A program made the translations under genes and the position numbers. Positions 19,019 to 30,773 of a DNA stretch of 64,000 nt are shown piece by piece. The stretch's first letter is position 1, and the number at the start of each line of letters is the position of its first letter. Origin of the DNA: an uncultured virus (IMG/VR IMGVR_UViG_3300010233_000006) (Duplodnaviria; Heunggongvirae; Uroviricota; Caudoviricetes); the IMG/VR virus record IMGVR_UViG_3300010233_000006. One strand, written 5' to 3'. The notes beneath the pieces are model-generated. The model saw nothing but the letters and a program-made list of their open reading frames with translations. It ran no database searches and was not told where the DNA came from.

Positions 19019-20416
19019 TCAAATGGTACAAGCTCCGGGCGCGCAGAGTCCCGCCGAGTTCAAGTCGAGCACTAGCACCCAATCATTTCCATCCGGTGCA
19101 ACAAACGTATGCGTCCCGGAATTTGTAAACGTTGCCAAATCCGTCGTGGCGGCAGAAGCCGGATTGAACCACCAAGCATGGACTGTACCGGTAAAATGTC
19201 CCATGGCGATCTGTGGATTGTTAGATGTTCCGGTGGAATCGAACACGATGCAGGTCTGCCCGTCTGAAGTACACGAAGCTACAGACAAGGTTGCTCCGGA
19301 ACTAATTCCTCCAGTTAGCACTACATTGCTTACATCCGGAACTAACTTCCAGTGCTCCCGCGACCTCATCAAGGTACCGAGATACTGCTGGGCCACGGAG
19401 CCCCCCGAGGATAACTGGCTTTGCCATGATGGCAATCCCTGGAAACAGCCGTTGGCGTTGGTGCTGTTAAAGCAGTTAATTGAAGAGTTACTAAAAATCC
19501 GCCCGATATTACAGCCAGATAGGGTTTCCCAATATCCTTCCTGACGGATCTGAAAGGTCGTCATCGAGTGCTCCAATTCGTACCAATCCTCCCCCATCAG
19601 GGCAGGAATGAATGGCGTGACCGCATAACCTGCCTGGCATCCGGAGACCACTGTAGGTTGAGTATTATAGATCCAATTCAGCGACAGCCAGGCAGGTGCG
19701 CCCCCCAAGGCCGTGATGCTATTTTGGTTAGCCGGGGTGCAAGACCTGCATGCCTCAAGCGTGATGAGATGCGCTGGATCGGCGGCCCTGATTGCCGCCC
19801 CCAATACGCCTAGATTCGTGTAGGCTCCTTGGGTGGGATCGGCGTCTCCGCCGAGCGCCCAGATGATATTGGGGGATGCCTTATATCGATTTCCGAGGAA
19901 TGTGCCATAGGCCGTCATTGTAGCGCTGGAAGCTGCGGCGTAATTTGCGAGATATCCCTGTTGGCCCGTAAAACCCACAAATCCAGGGGCGAGCATCACG
20001 ATAATTCCATATTGAGCAGCACGCTTAATCACATAGTCTACGTGAGCCCAATAGTTCACATCAAAGTTTTGAAAAACCCCATTATCGAACGGCTGGTCTC
20101 CGTAGAAATTGAAGGGTGCGTTGGGAGCGCACAGGCTATCCGGTCCAGCCACCCAGACGGCATTAAATCCGCGCGTGGAGCGATCTGCAAGATAAGTCTC
20201 GACATCCGCATTGCTGATTCCGGAGATCAGCGTAAACGGGCTCTCCCCAGTGAGAAACAGCGGTTTTCCGGTAAGGGCATTAACTAAAAAATGTCCAGAT
20301 ATATCCAAGGCCGGAAGTATGCCAGTCTTACCAGAGAGCGCCACTGGGCCACTCATCTGGGAAGGACCTGACATGCTGGACTGAATGAGGAGCAGTACAG
20401 TGAGCCATCTCTGCAT
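19019..20416 (-). CDS. DUF4038 (apiosidase-like glycoside hydrolase) plus putative collagen-binding domain protein
   Basis: YLADRSTRGFNAV, GNRYKASPNIIWALGGD, WWFNPASA...DWVLVL. Confidence 0.8.
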   Translation of the reverse strand: MQRWLTVLLLIQSSMSGPSQMSGPVALSGKTGILPALDISGHFLVNALTGKPLFLTGESPFTLISGISNADVETYLADRSTRGFNAVWVAGPDSLCAPNAPFNFYGDQPFDNGVFQNFDVNYWAHVDYVIKRAAQYGIIVMLAPGFVGFTGQQGYLANYAAASSATMTAYGTFLGNRYKASPNIIWALGGDADPTQGAYTNLGVLGAAIRAADPAHLITLEACRSCTPANQNSITALGGAPAWLSLNWIYNTQPTVVSGCQAGYAVTPFIPALMGEDWYELEHSMTTFQIRQEGYWETLSGCNIGRIFSNSSINCFNSTNANGCFQGLPSWQSQLSSGGSVAQQYLGTLMRSREHWKLVPDVSNVVLTGGISSGATLSVASCTSDGQTCIVFDSTGTSNNPQIAMGHFTGTVHAWWFNPASAATTDLATFTNSGTHTFVAPDGNDWVLVLDLNSAGLCAPGACTI

Positions 20417-20417
20417 A

Positions 20418-21428
20418 TCAGTTTCCTTTCAGCGTCACGGCCATACCATAACCCTCGGTGTTACCTGCTGCCGTCCAAGAAGCTGCAGTTGTGGCTGTGG
20501 AATTGATGAGGTACGAAACGCCCACTCCGTTGACATCGATATAGTTAGTATTAAATGGAGAAGCTACTGCTGTGGTGTTAACAGGCGCGGTTTCTATATG
20601 GACAATAAAGTCCGTGGCCCCTCCGATGGTAGGAGATGGTCCTGAAAACGGGCTACCGCTTACTGGTCCATTAGTTGTTCCTGAGTCAAATGATATGGAA
20701 GATCCAGAATAAGACACCTCATAAACCAAGGCCTGCACGCCCCCATGCACACCACTCATTGTAAGGGTCAAGGGACCCGCATACGAAGTCGTATTGAGTA
20801 CATAACCCGCATCGACATAACCAGAGTTTGTCGAGCCCTTAGCACAGGTGGCACAGTGCACATAGGTCCCTCCGCCGCTAATGCTGGAAATGGTTACGTT
20901 GTTGATTGGCCATGCCAATATGACTAGTCCATGGCCGGCAGCTATCGATTGAGACAGGGTGATTGCGCAAGCGGTGCTACTTGCCCCCTCTCCACAAGTG
21001 CCTGCCCCGGTTACGGTAGCGCAGGGTGCGAATGATCCAGATGTAACGCTGCACGCTGTTTGGATAAGCGTAAACGTTCCGGGACCGATCGTATACACGC
21101 TCGTCAGCACGCCACTCGAGACGCCATCTACTGTGCAGCCGATGGCCTTGAGGGTGAAGGTGGTTCCAGGCGATGTGAACGGGGCGCTGTACAACGTGCC
21201 GGTCGCTGGACAGGCCGGAATAGATCCATTCGTGGAGTATCTGATAAGCGTTGATGCGGCATCGGTAATCGTAACCGTAGCCGCTCCAGTACAGGTCCAA
21301 GTAGGCGACGATCCCGTGCAACCGCCGCCGCTGTTGCTATCGAGAGGTGTTGCCAGCGTGTGCGTGTAGCCGCCCGTGATGTACTGGCCGCACAATATAG
21401 CTGGGATGAGCAGAATGAGATATCGCAT
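20418..21428 (-). CDS. signal-peptide protein with FN3-associated/chitobiase-like domain and beta-sandwich-like domain
   Basis: MRYLILLIPAILCG|Q; IRYSTNGSIP...LYSAPF...TLKAIG; ends VTLKGN. Confidence 0.7.
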   Translation of the reverse strand: MRYLILLIPAILCGQYITGGYTHTLATPLDSNSGGGCTGSSPTWTCTGAATVTITDAASTLIRYSTNGSIPACPATGTLYSAPFTSPGTTFTLKAIGCTVDGVSSGVLTSVYTIGPGTFTLIQTACSVTSGSFAPCATVTGAGTCGEGASSTACAITLSQSIAAGHGLVILAWPINNVTISSISGGGTYVHCATCAKGSTNSGYVDAGYVLNTTSYAGPLTLTMSGVHGGVQALVYEVSYSGSSISFDSGTTNGPVSGSPFSGPSPTIGGATDFIVHIETAPVNTTAVASPFNTNYIDVNGVGVSYLINSTATTAASWTAAGNTEGYGMAVTLKGN

Positions 21429-21430
21429 AT

Positions 21431-24400
21431 TTACTGTGCCTGGAGAACGAGCAGTCTCCCAAAGTCAATGGTCAATCCCTGCACTCCTACATTAGTAGCC
21501 GTGTCGGTGGTCCTAGAAACCTTAACCCACAGCGTTGATGGAGCCACACAGCCGGTGATGGTCGCGCCCGTCAGTGTAGCCGTCCAGGTCCGGTTGGCAT
21601 TTCCGTTCAACGTGATGGTGCCGAATGATTGTGCCGTGTTGAAAGCCACGTCGTCGGTAGTAGACCCATCCCCCTTGGCGCAAGCCGTTGCTGCCTGCAT
21701 GATAACCGTGTGGCCATTAGTGGCATCTGTCGAGGTAAGGTCCAATGACAGGTCCACACTCGCCGCCGTGTCCCAGTCCTTCGTCATGCGGAACTGGACA
21801 TAAGCGACGTCCGAGGCTCCCCATGGGCTTAGCAGCCCTGCCTTGTTGTTGGTGCCCGCTCGACAGAAAGGAGCAGGAGTTGCTGCTGTTGACCATGCTG
21901 CCCCGGCTACGGTGTTGACACAGTTCGCAGCAGGAGCGTACTCGAAGGCCGGATAGTCGATTGGTGATAAAAGCCCCGCCGTCGTTGTGGTGGACATGAC
22001 CTTGCCAGCGGTCGTACTGGTAGGCGATAGAGGTACAGTGGAGTCCGCCGCCACATCGGGGATAGTTACCACCCGAGCCGCCGCACTGGTACCCGTGAGG
22101 CGGATGTTATTTGTCGCCGCTCCACCGATGTAGGCAGAGGACATAGGAAGCGCCACGGATCCGAAGGTGCATCCACCTGCCGAGGCGCAATGGGCATCTG
22201 TCGTAATCACGGGAGTTGTCAGAGCGGGGCTGGTCATTGTCTGGACGCCCGTGAACGTTTGGCCTGCATCTGTTCTGGCCAGAGTTGAGGACGTGGTTGG
22301 CAATGTGTGGGTAGCCGTCCCGCCCGCTGCAAACGTGGTGTTGAATGCTCCGGTTGTAACCAAGTTCCCAGCAAGCGTAATCGTGAACCCGGTGTTGGCC
22401 ACCCCGGTACCGCCGTACTGGCCGGTTATCACGCCTCCATTCCACGTACCGGTCATGGTAGACCCAAGAAGCGCAAGCGAGCCACCACCACTCGGGAATG
22501 TCCAGGTTGAACTGGATGGAATTGCAAACGTCGGATTAAAAGCCCCGGTATACGTGACGTTGCCGCTTAGGGTATGAGTGAACGTGCCGTTGTCTACTCC
22601 CGATCCACCGCTGCCCGGATTCAGCGCTCCAAACGCACCACCGTTGAATGAGTACGAGAGCTTATTTCCAGTGGAGTTACCGCAAATGATCGCTGCCCCC
22701 GAGATAGACGTTCCAGTGCAGGTCCCGAGCCCCGGAGACCACGTGCCACCATTACCAGTGAAGCTCGCAAAGTTCCCGGTGCTTGATCCAGTGGCAATGC
22801 TGGTAACCGCCAGATTGGCGGGATTCTGGAGTTGAAACTCCGTGCCGTCATAGTAAACACAGGCCTTGGTATTAGTCAACAGGTCGCTGGCAGCAAGGGC
22901 CGTGGTACCAAACTTAGTAATGGCCGTTGCGGTCAACCCATTAACCGCGATGGTGGGAGCTGCTCCAGTATTGGCATTGGATGGCAGGTAACAAAATGAC
23001 AAGCCCGTCGTCAGAGACGTAACCGCTGGCGCAAGCGTGACCGTTTGGGCCTGTGCAGTTCCGCCTCCTGCTACGTAAGTAAGCGCCGATACTTCCGAGG
23101 CCGTGGCTGCTGCCGGAGCGCCATTGGCTCCAGTGGATATGAGTTTGGCTGACTGCGGGATTGCTACCGCCGTAGAGCTAGCCGATCCGCCGCTCACATT
23201 AGCCACCATCGTGGCGTTTGCCTGAGACGGCATTCCGGTAAGAGCACCTAGACTCGTGGCGGAAATTGTGCCCGATCCAGTCGGAGCCAAGGACGCCCCA
23301 CTTCCAACCAACATAGCCGCCGAAGTATTAGTCGCCCCCGTAATGCCACTGAAGGCTATACTTCCACCTGTAGCTAGAGTTGTCCATATATTAGTCGTAA
23401 GGCACACCTTACCTACGGCTCCAGTGGAATTAAACTCGATCTGTCCCGCTGTGCAAAGACCTGGGTCGCTCGAATGTGTGGGGAGAAGCAGGTTGTAAGT
23501 GGAGAGATCCACCAACGTGTCACCATACTTGACACATCCATCTCCCTGGACCGTAGTGCCGTCGTTGCTTATTAGATGTTGTACTGTGATCGCACTTGCA
23601 ACGCTACTGACTGCGCACGTTTGCGTAGCTGCCGAATACGCCACGGTGTAGGGACCGCCTGAGGACGCCTGCGTCCAAATCCAATCACCCTTCCATCCAG
23701 CATACAGCCCGGAGAAGGCCGCAGCGGTAACGTTCGCCGCTAGTGTCTGGGTACAGGTGTTTACCGATCCAGTTGCCCCTATCGCACATGTGGGTGTAGC
23801 TGTGGTCGTAGCCAAAACCGTAGGCACCGCAAAATAGTCGCTACCGGCTCCAGCTATAGCGGTGGTGTTTAAAGCTGTTCGCTTGATGATGCCGTTAGAT
23901 CCCGGATCGGCCAAACCGCCCGATCCTGTAATTGTATTACAGCCCCACGAGTGCGTTGAGTTGTTATAGATAGCCGCGTTGGTTGCCCCTGAACAACCGT
24001 TCGTTCCCCCGCTGGGAGTGGCTACTGCTGTGGGGCTAGCCGTCCCACCTGTAGCATTCATCAGGATCGTATCGGCCCCCTGAGTGGCTAAAGCCGAGTC
24101 AGGCACGGTCCCGGCCCCTAGATGAGCCCCAGTCGTGACTTGCCCGTTTGTATTATTTACATCTACTCCGGTCTTGGTAGTGCAACTCACAACCCCGGCA
24201 TCGTCCTTAATACACCAGAGCTTCGTGCTCAAATCTTGATACCAATTTCCAGTCCCGGCCACCGCTGGCGTTCCCGGCGGTGTAATGGCAGTCACGGTCC
24301 CAAATCCATCACCAGAGAAGCATTTCACATTGGCTACATTCGTCCCGTCCCAAATACCGGTTGCTTCTGTCTCTATGTTGATCGTGCTGCTTAGGCATGG

Positions 24401-26587
24401 ATTTGGTGCTAGAAAATTCGTTGGATATACAAACGAGTGAGAAGTGCCGCCCTGTTTGATCTTGATTGTGATGCTCTGCCCAGCGGTGGCGGCCGTGGTA
24501 GTCAAGGTAGAGCTGGCAATGTCTGCCGTGCTCAAAGTAGCGCTGAATACCTGCGGAGTTGTCGAAGCCCCCACGGTAAATGTCGGCGGAGTCGTAATCG
24601 TACCGAGTGCCGTTAAAGAAGCGTTCGAGCCCGAACCACCGGTTGGAGCCGCCCATGTTCCATCACCCCGCCAGAACGTGGAAGAGGAAGCACTCGTGCC
24701 GCCGTTGAGATTGCCCACTGGCAGATTGCCTGTCACATCTGCCGAGAGACTCACGGAACCGATGGACATAGCGACCACGTTATTGGTGTTCACAAGGTGC
24801 ATAACCCCAGTGCCCGCCGCTGTGGGAACGGTGAATTGGTAAGGAGTGGTTATTGTCCCGGTTGGGCATCCAATTATTACGGAATTGGAATCCACCGTAG
24901 GAAGGGTCGTAGAGGCCGAGCATTCGTAACCTCCAGAGATCGTTCCGCCAACTCCGGTAGCCACTGAGCTAGGTGTAGAAATAGCCCCCGTAGAAGCGTT
25001 TACGCTAGCTGGTGTCGTCTGCACCACTGTTCCGCCCGTGCCAGCGGATGTCACGATGTCGTTGACCGTGAACGGGCCGGTGGTCGTGACGGTACCTGAT
25101 CCGGTCACCGTAGCCCATTTCAGACCGAGCCCCTGCGTCGAATCCGCAGTGAGCACCTGGCCATTGGTGCCAATAGGAATGCGATTATTGGCGGTATCGA
25201 ACCCGAACAGATCACCCTTGGTGGTGAGTGGGGAGGACCCGCCCGACCCGCACGGAGCCGCTGCCATCCCGAGTTGCATGCCAGTGGTCCACTGAGCACA
25301 GCGGCCAGCAGTTGGCAGAGAACCAGAGTCTACCCAATACGGCGTGCGACCGGTAATCCCGCTCCAGATGAACGACAGGCTGAAGATATCGGAGCGATAC
25401 CAGAAATCGCTGGTGGAGAGCGTAGAAGGATCGGAAGTGAGAGTGCCGAGCGACCACATCGCGGTCGTACCGTTGGAGCCAAAGGTCTGCTTGGTGCCGG
25501 CGGTATAGGAGTTGGCCTGGTTGTTGCGTACCAGTGCCGCCGTGTCGCTCAATTCGGTCGAGGCGTGCGAGGCGATGGACGTAACCGTGCCTGCGGAGCC
25601 CGAAGCGTTGCCAGTGACGTTGCCCGTCAGGGCCCCCACGAAAGTTCCGCCGGTCACAGTCCCCGTAAAGGTTGGGCCGGCGGAATATACCAGGTTGCCG
25701 GTCCCCGTTGCTCCCGTGCTCGTCACTCCCTCGAAGGTAGTATGGCCGGTAGCCGAAAGCGTGGTCGAGAATGTGGCCGCGGCACCGGTCAAGGTCCCTG
25801 TCAAGGTCGGTGATGCAGAAAATACGAGATTTCCGGTACCGGTGGCTCCAGTGCTGGTGATCCCCTCGATGGTGGGATGCCCCGTCAACGTTGGGGCGAT
25901 ACTGAAGACAAAGCTTCCCGTTCCCGTGGCGCCAGTACTGGTAATCCCTTCAATCGTCGGGTGCCCTGTGATCGTCGGAGCGATGCTGAACACCAGATTG
26001 CCCGTTCCGGTCGCTCCGGTGCTCGTGACGGCTTCGAATGTGACGTGACCGGTTGCCGCCAAGGTGGAAGAGAATGTAGCCGTGGTGCCGCTAATGGGCC
26101 CATAGGAACCGGTTCCTATGAGAGTGAGCACACCGGTTGGGGACATCTTAATGCCGTTTCCATTACTGTCTGCCTGGAACGGCGTCATGCCGGAGCCTGA
26201 GGCTGTCGAGAAGATCCCGAGGGGACCGGTGCCGGTATTGCCGGTTGTATCGGTCCACTTGACTCCGAAGTTCGTGCCGGTGCCAGTCCCGATCGTGAAC
26301 AGAGAGGTGAAGGATCCCATCGCCAGACTGAGGCTCTGGCTCGGATTGGAGAGCAAACCGTAGTCGGAACTGGCGCTGCCGGCACAGGACCCAAGAGTGA
26401 TCGGTCCGCCATTCGTGGACAGTGCGCACTTAGTTCCGGAGCCACCTGTGGCACTAGTGGTCAACTGGGTGCCGTTCCAAAACGCTATCCCGTTGGTCGA
26501 CGCTCCCGTGACGCTCGTACTCGGCGGAAACACGCCCTGCGCCCAGACGGAGAATGTGCTGAACAACAATAGAATCAGTTTGCGCAT
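21431..26587 (-). CDS. 1718-aa fibre-like protein with signal peptide
   Basis: [17 protein letters not shown]; four TGH(P/V/T)T(I/F)E(G/A)[10 protein letters not shown] repeats; phage-fibre-type segments TTKGDL...[11 protein letters not shown] and [13 protein letters not shown]...YDGTEFQL. Confidence 0.75.
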   Translation of the reverse strand: MRKLILLLFSTFSVWAQGVFPPSTSVTGASTNGIAFWNGTQLTTSATGGSGTKCALSTNGGPITLGSCAGSASSDYGLLSNPSQSLSLAMGSFTSLFTIGTGTGTNFGVKWTDTTGNTGTGPLGIFSTASGSGMTPFQADSNGNGIKMSPTGVLTLIGTGSYGPISGTTATFSSTLAATGHVTFEAVTSTGATGTGNLVFSIAPTITGHPTIEGITSTGATGTGSFVFSIAPTLTGHPTIEGITSTGATGTGNLVFSASPTLTGTLTGAAATFSTTLSATGHTTFEGVTSTGATGTGNLVYSAGPTFTGTVTGGTFVGALTGNVTGNASGSAGTVTSIASHASTELSDTAALVRNNQANSYTAGTKQTFGSNGTTAMWSLGTLTSDPSTLSTSDFWYRSDIFSLSFIWSGITGRTPYWVDSGSLPTAGRCAQWTTGMQLGMAAAPCGSGGSSPLTTKGDLFGFDTANNRIPIGTNGQVLTADSTQGLGLKWATVTGSGTVTTTGPFTVNDIVTSAGTGGTVVQTTPASVNASTGAISTPSSVATGVGGTISGGYECSASTTLPTVDSNSVIIGCPTGTITTPYQFTVPTAAGTGVMHLVNTNNVVAMSIGSVSLSADVTGNLPVGNLNGGTSASSSTFWRGDGTWAAPTGGSGSNASLTALGTITTPPTFTVGASTTPQVFSATLSTADIASSTLTTTAATAGQSITIKIKQGGTSHSFVYPTNFLAPNPCLSSTINIETEATGIWDGTNVANVKCFSGDGFGTVTAITPPGTPAVAGTGNWYQDLSTKLWCIKDDAGVVSCTTKTGVDVNNTNGQVTTGAHLGAGTVPDSALATQGADTILMNATGGTASPTAVATPSGGTNGCSGATNAAIYNNSTHSWGCNTITGSGGLADPGSNGIIKRTALNTTAIAGAGSDYFAVPTVLATTTATPTCAIGATGSVNTCTQTLAANVTAAAFSGLYAGWKGDWIWTQASSGGPYTVAYSAATQTCAVSSVASAITVQHLISNDGTTVQGDGCVKYGDTLVDLSTYNLLLPTHSSDPGLCTAGQIEFNSTGAVGKVCLTTNIWTTLATGGSIAFSGITGATNTSAAMLVGSGASLAPTGSGTISATSLGALTGMPSQANATMVANVSGGSASSTAVAIPQSAKLISTGANGAPAAATASEVSALTYVAGGGTAQAQTVTLAPAVTSLTTGLSFCYLPSNANTGAAPTIAVNGLTATAITKFGTTALAASDLLTNTKACVYYDGTEFQLQNPANLAVTSIATGSSTGNFASFTGNGGTWSPGLGTCTGTSISGAAIICGNSTGNKLSYSFNGGAFGALNPGSGGSGVDNGTFTHTLSGNVTYTGAFNPTFAIPSSSTWTFPSGGGSLALLGSTMTGTWNGGVITGQYGGTGVANTGFTITLAGNLVTTGAFNTTFAAGGTATHTLPTTSSTLARTDAGQTFTGVQTMTSPALTTPVITTDAHCASAGGCTFGSVALPMSSAYIGGAATNNIRLTGTSAAARVVTIPDVAADSTVPLSPTSTTAGKVMSTTTTAGLLSPIDYPAFEYAPAANCVNTVAGAAWSTAATPAPFCRAGTNNKAGLLSPWGASDVAYVQFRMTKDWDTAASVDLSLDLTSTDATNGHTVIMQAATACAKGDGSTTDDVAFNTAQSFGTITLNGNANRTWTATLTGATITGCVAPSTLWVKVSRTTDTATNVGVQGLTIDFGRLLVLQAQ

Positions 26588-26718
26588 GGCATATTTATCC
26601 TTTTGGTTTTCAGTAGGTGTTGTACATCACAACCAGCATGGCCAGTACTCCCATGGCGGTTGCAAGAGCAATAATTTGGACTACCCAAACCGCCGGAGAG
26701 GGGTTACGATGCTGATTT

Positions 26719-27423
26719 ATGAGCCTGGAATTGCTTTCCTGTTTGGTTACGGTCATCGCAGTTTTCGTCTTGTGGTGGCTGCATTACGGAGATGTGTTTC
26801 CGTACTTCCTGGTGACGGCTTCGCTCGTGGCTCTTCAGTCGGTCGTAACCTGGATCTTGCCGGCCGGCAGCCATTGGAACCGTTACGTCTGGGTGCCCGT
26901 GGAGATTCTGCTCCTGATCTCGATGGTCTTCAGCCTACTGGAAGCCGCGCTGAAGCGCATCGAGGCTATGAATGCGCTGCCGCAGTTCTGGTTCCTCTTT
27001 GGGGCGGCCATTGCGCCGGCGGGTATCGTCATGTACCTGCGAATGAATGAGGCCAAACTCCAGGACTGGTACCCTCAGTTCTGGCAGCATGATCGGCCCT
27101 GGTTTTTCCTTTGGGCCGCGATCATGGCCTTCTGCTGCCTATGGTTTGGTTTCATGAAAGGAGAGTCCTCCGCCACGGCGGCGTTGTGGCACCTATTGAT
27201 TTACGCCGGGTTCATTCTGGCCCATCTTCTGATCGCCAGTCCCGAGGATTGGAATCTCTGGAAAATTTCAGATAGCGAACTGCGGATCTGCAAGATGATC
27301 GCGTTGGGACTCTGGGTGCTCAACGCCCGTCATCTGAATCGCCAGATAGCGCAGCTTGGGCGCGGCGTTTCAGGCACACCACGCTCCGACGCATGGCGCG
27401 GACTTCCTTCTCCATCGCGATAA
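26719..27423 (+). CDS. polytopic membrane protein (moron, opposite strand)
   Basis: About 7 hydrophobic segments. Confidence 0.7.
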   Translation: MSLELLSCLVTVIAVFVLWWLHYGDVFPYFLVTASLVALQSVVTWILPAGSHWNRYVWVPVEILLLISMVFSLLEAALKRIEAMNALPQFWFLFGAAIAPAGIVMYLRMNEAKLQDWYPQFWQHDRPWFFLWAAIMAFCCLWFGFMKGESSATAALWHLLIYAGFILAHLLIASPEDWNLWKISDSELRICKMIALGLWVLNARHLNRQIAQLGRGVSGTPRSDAWRGLPSPSR

Positions 27424-27741
27424 TTCGCAGGAGGAGCGATTGTTCGGGAGATGGATCACTCATCCGGCGCACGCGAAACCAGGCCGCGGCCATCGAGAAC
27501 ACTCCGACTGCTATCGGTATGAGCCAGCCAGCACGTGCCATGACTTATATTCTCGCTCAATATCAACCAGGTGGCCTCGAGGGAACGGGCGGATGGGTGG
27601 TAGCCGAATCCTCCGAGGAATCCGAGTTCCACGTTGGGTCCTGCGGCGGGTTCGCCTCCTGTGGCGGCAGGGACTCTGCGGCTTCCTTCTTCGATTTCTC
27701 GATCGGTTCGTCCTTTTTTTTACGAGGCATGATCTCTCCCT

Positions 27742-28167
27742 TTACCCCAACCTCTCCAACAATTCTTCGATCTTTTCCTGGTAGCGCTGCTCCAGTTCCT
27801 CGTTCGCCAGTTTATAACGGGCTTCCACGGCCGCGATCTCAAACTTGTGCCGGGTTTCGGCAGCGTTCAATTCCACTACATGCCGCTGAGTTATCTCGAG
27901 AATGGTCGCCTGCAGTTTCTCCACCTCCTCCTGCAAGGCGTCGACCTTCCTGGACATCTCGCCTGCTTGCCGCTCGTAGCGATCGAGCATGCTCTGAGTG
28001 TACTGGGTCGAGAGGGTGGCCAGTCCCACATCTTGTCGGCTCGCGTCCTGCTTGGCAAGACGACGGAATCGTTGGGCTGCCGCCATCCAGGTGCCCAACG
28101 CCGCAAGTATTCCAGCAATCCCAGCGATCAGTACATTAAGTGGAGTTGCCTCGTTGGCGTTGATCAC
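27742..28167 (-). CDS. N-terminal TM plus coiled-coil protein (lysis-cassette-like)
   Basis: One hydrophobic helix followed by a heptad-rich region. Confidence 0.55.
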   Translation of the reverse strand: MINANEATPLNVLIAGIAGILAALGTWMAAAQRFRRLAKQDASRQDVGLATLSTQYTQSMLDRYERQAGEMSRKVDALQEEVEKLQATILEITQRHVVELNAAETRHKFEIAAVEARYKLANEELEQRYQEKIEELLERLG

Positions 28168-28585
28168 AATGATATGTCTCTTGCGCAGGAATCAGAAGAG
28201 CACGAAAAATGGAAGTCAGGCCAAACACTGGAGCGATTACACCGATGATCGGAGGAATCGTTGGACGCACGCAGAATAGCCAGCCAACCGTTATCCAGAT
28301 TGCGACACTACTGCCGTAGACGTATGCTAAGGCATGGTGTCGTTCAGTCGCCGCACAAAAGATAATGGTCATCCCCGTCAATAGAAACCAGATTCCCCAG
28401 TAACTGATAGGAAACCAAAACTGCATATCGGCCGCGATACGAGGAAATCTATGGTGCATCCATCCAGACTGTAACAGCCAAAGGCCAAAAGCCATATGCG
28501 CTCCACCCTCCCGGAAATCAAACAGCATGTACGGATCGCCAAACTGCCGGCGGAGGTTGGCAAGCATATTAAGAATGGACGCCAT
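28136..28585 (-). CDS. membrane protein
   Basis: About 4 hydrophobic segments. Confidence 0.6.
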   Translation of the reverse strand: MASILNMLANLRRQFGDPYMLFDFREGGAHMAFGLWLLQSGWMHHRFPRIAADMQFWFPISYWGIWFLLTGMTIIFCAATERHHALAYVYGSSVAIWITVGWLFCVRPTIPPIIGVIAPVFGLTSIFRALLIPAQETYHCDQRQRGNST

Positions 28586-28831
28586 TTATGATTTACTTTC
28601 TGGAGACACGTCGGCCCCGACCGGGTATTCTGTCGGCGCTTCCGTCTTAGTGTTCGTTTGCGGCTTCACGCGCATGAGCATCGCACCTGAAATTCCGGTC
28701 AATAGGCCGGAGATCACCTGGAAGATCTGCCCATCGGTGGCGAACCAGTGCTCGGCCGCGAATAAGCACAGGGTGAAGAACACCAACAAACCTGCAAGAA
28801 GATAGATGATGGGTTCGATACGAGGCTGCAT
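28586..28831 (-). CDS. holin-like two-TM protein
   Basis: 81 aa, 2 TM helices, polar C-terminal tail. Confidence 0.5.
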   Translation of the reverse strand: MQPRIEPIIYLLAGLLVFFTLCLFAAEHWFATDGQIFQVISGLLTGISGAMLMRVKPQTNTKTEAPTEYPVGADVSPESKS

Positions 28832-29368
28832 GACGTGCCTATGCTCCTGTGCTCGCGGTCAGAACCTGCCCCGGGGCATCGTGATGGCCTGCGAGATGCG
28901 GTTACTCTGCCGCGAGAAACTCTACTCACCCTCGCCAATCGCTCCTAACGCTGAGCGGTAGTCTGTCTGCCGCGCCGGGTCGAGCGTGGCCAGCCGGGAG
29001 AGGCTGACGCGCACCGCTTCGCGCAGGATGGCAGTTTCCACGGCAATGCGGACCTCGGTCTTGATGCTCTGGACTTCGGCGCGGATGGCTGAGAGCGGGT
29101 CCATCATCGATCTATCCTGATCTCTGCACGCGTCCACCGTTCAATCTCGCGCCGCCACCATCTCCGCAGCTTGAGCTTGATATAGCCTGTCGGCTTGTCG
29201 ATATCCACGCCCTTCTTTCGGAGTCCGCGCGGCAGAATCATCGCGCCGCCTGCATGATGTTGGTGATTGAGTTGGCCATCTCGTCGGCGATGCGGAGGGC
29301 TTCCCGAGCCCGCCGAAGCTCGTGCTCCAGTCGGGCTATCTCTCTATCCTTGTCGTCGCGCTCGTGCT

Positions 29369-29620
29369 TCATTTTCTTTTCCCAAACAGACTCGCGATCC
29401 CGTTGAAGATCGCGCTGAAGGTCTTGGTGACGGCTGCCTCGATCTTGCTACCGGCTTCGAGCTCAGCTTCGAGGAGCTTTTGCCCTGCCGGCGTCGAGAG
29501 CAGATTGCAGACGGCAGTGATCGCCTGGCAGACGGTCGTGACATCCGCGCTGATGGGGTCGAGCACCGCCAGCGTGATTGCTGGCGGTGCCGGTGCCGGA
29601 GTTGTTGGTTGAGGGCCCAT
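29369..29620 (-). CDS. hypothetical protein
   Basis: ORF in operon. Confidence 0.55.
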   Translation of the reverse strand: MGPQPTTPAPAPPAITLAVLDPISADVTTVCQAITAVCNLLSTPAGQKLLEAELEAGSKIEAAVTKTFSAIFNGIASLFGKRK

Positions 29621-29626
29621 GCGCCT

Positions 29627-29971
29627 TCAGTACGTGGTGGTTTGGCCCGTCACTTTCTCGATGGCACCGGTTTGCAGCGAATCGAGAATAGCCTGGTTCA
29701 GGTCGAGGCGCGCCTGGCTGAGCGTGACCTGTGCATTCTGGGCATTGCTGACCACCGTCTGCTGGGTGGCTAGGGCTGCGAAATAGGCGTCGTTGGCGGC
29801 TTTGATCAGCGCTTGCGCCTGGGCCGGCGCGGTAACTGTAGCGTTGGCTTTCGCGGCTTCGACGGCCGCTTCCGCTTGGACTGACGCCGATTGAGCGGCA
29901 GTAGCGGCCGCCTCGGCATCGAAGAACTTCTTCTGCGCGGTGATGACCGCGCCTTGTTGTTGCTGGGTCAT
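29627..29971 (-). CDS. Ala/Gln-rich helical protein
   Basis: ORF with AGGA RBS. Confidence 0.6.
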   Translation of the reverse strand: MTQQQQGAVITAQKKFFDAEAAATAAQSASVQAEAAVEAAKANATVTAPAQAQALIKAANDAYFAALATQQTVVSNAQNAQVTLSQARLDLNQAILDSLQTGAIEKVTGQTTTY

Positions 29972-30131
29972 AAATGTCCTGCTTATCTCCTGGGACCAGT
30001 CTATCGCTAATGCCCCTCGCCCGGATCATCTCTGCGCTTCGCCAAGTACAGCGCTTCGCGTTTGGCATCGGGCCAGAGAAGACCGGCGAGAATCGCGATT
30101 ATTCCCGCGATGATCAGAATATGCCAGATGG

Positions 30132-30590
30132 TCACGGCTGTTTCGGCTTCTCTGGATCTTGGCAGTCCGCAGTCATCCGGTCAAACGCCTTGGGTGCCAC
30201 ACAGCGCTTTGCGAGATCCGTGAACATCTGCTGCATGGCCGTGGTCTTGGGACCCAGTTCGACGGCCGATTTTGTCTCGATGTCTGTGAGCTTCGTTTTC
30301 AGCGCCAGCATTTGGCTACCGAGATCCGCCAGCTCTGTCTTCGGACCCATCATCTGGCTTGCCCACTTGTTCTGGAGTTCCAGATATTCCGTGTAGGCGC
30401 GGTGGAAGGCGTCTTTTTCGGCTTGGGTGATGGAAGACGGGTTGGGTGCAGTCTCCTTGGCAGACGCGGGCGTGGCAGCTTTGGTGGCGGCGACGACGGG
30501 AGCGGGTGCGTGATCCTGGGCTGGTAGCCAAAGATCCATTGCGAGGACCACGATGGCGAAGCCGATGACGAAACGGTGTGAAGTGTTCAT
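30132..30590 (-). CDS. signal-peptide coiled-coil protein
   Basis: MNTSHRFVIGFAIVVLAMDLWLPA|Q; the start ATGA is the left flank of the mini-element. Confidence 0.65.
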   Translation of the reverse strand: MNTSHRFVIGFAIVVLAMDLWLPAQDHAPAPVVAATKAATPASAKETAPNPSSITQAEKDAFHRAYTEYLELQNKWASQMMGPKTELADLGSQMLALKTKLTDIETKSAVELGPKTTAMQQMFTDLAKRCVAPKAFDRMTADCQDPEKPKQP

Positions 30591-30773
30591 TAGTTTCAGC
30601 TTACTTCCTTTTCTTGCTTTTGTCCGCACAGGGCACGTGGAGGCAGCATCAGACCCGAGCCGGTCCAAACCGGCAAGGGCAGCCGCCTGAGAAACAGGAA
30701 CCGTTCTACGCGCTGTGCTGTTGCTTAGCATTGGAGTGTAGAATCCCCCGGCTTAAGCCGTGGGGAGTATCAA
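30591..30773 (+). mobile_element. TnpB-less IS200/IS605 mini-element or remnant carrying omegaRNA scaffold and right end (copy 2)
   Basis: 30637-30773 matches 49921-50057; removing 30591-30773 restores GGAGG-CATACT-ATG for the downstream gene. Confidence 0.8.

Noticed and set aside
10220..26454. Many short plus-strand and alternate-frame ORFs
   Set aside because: Shadow ORFs of long GC-rich minus-strand genes, with no recognisable motifs
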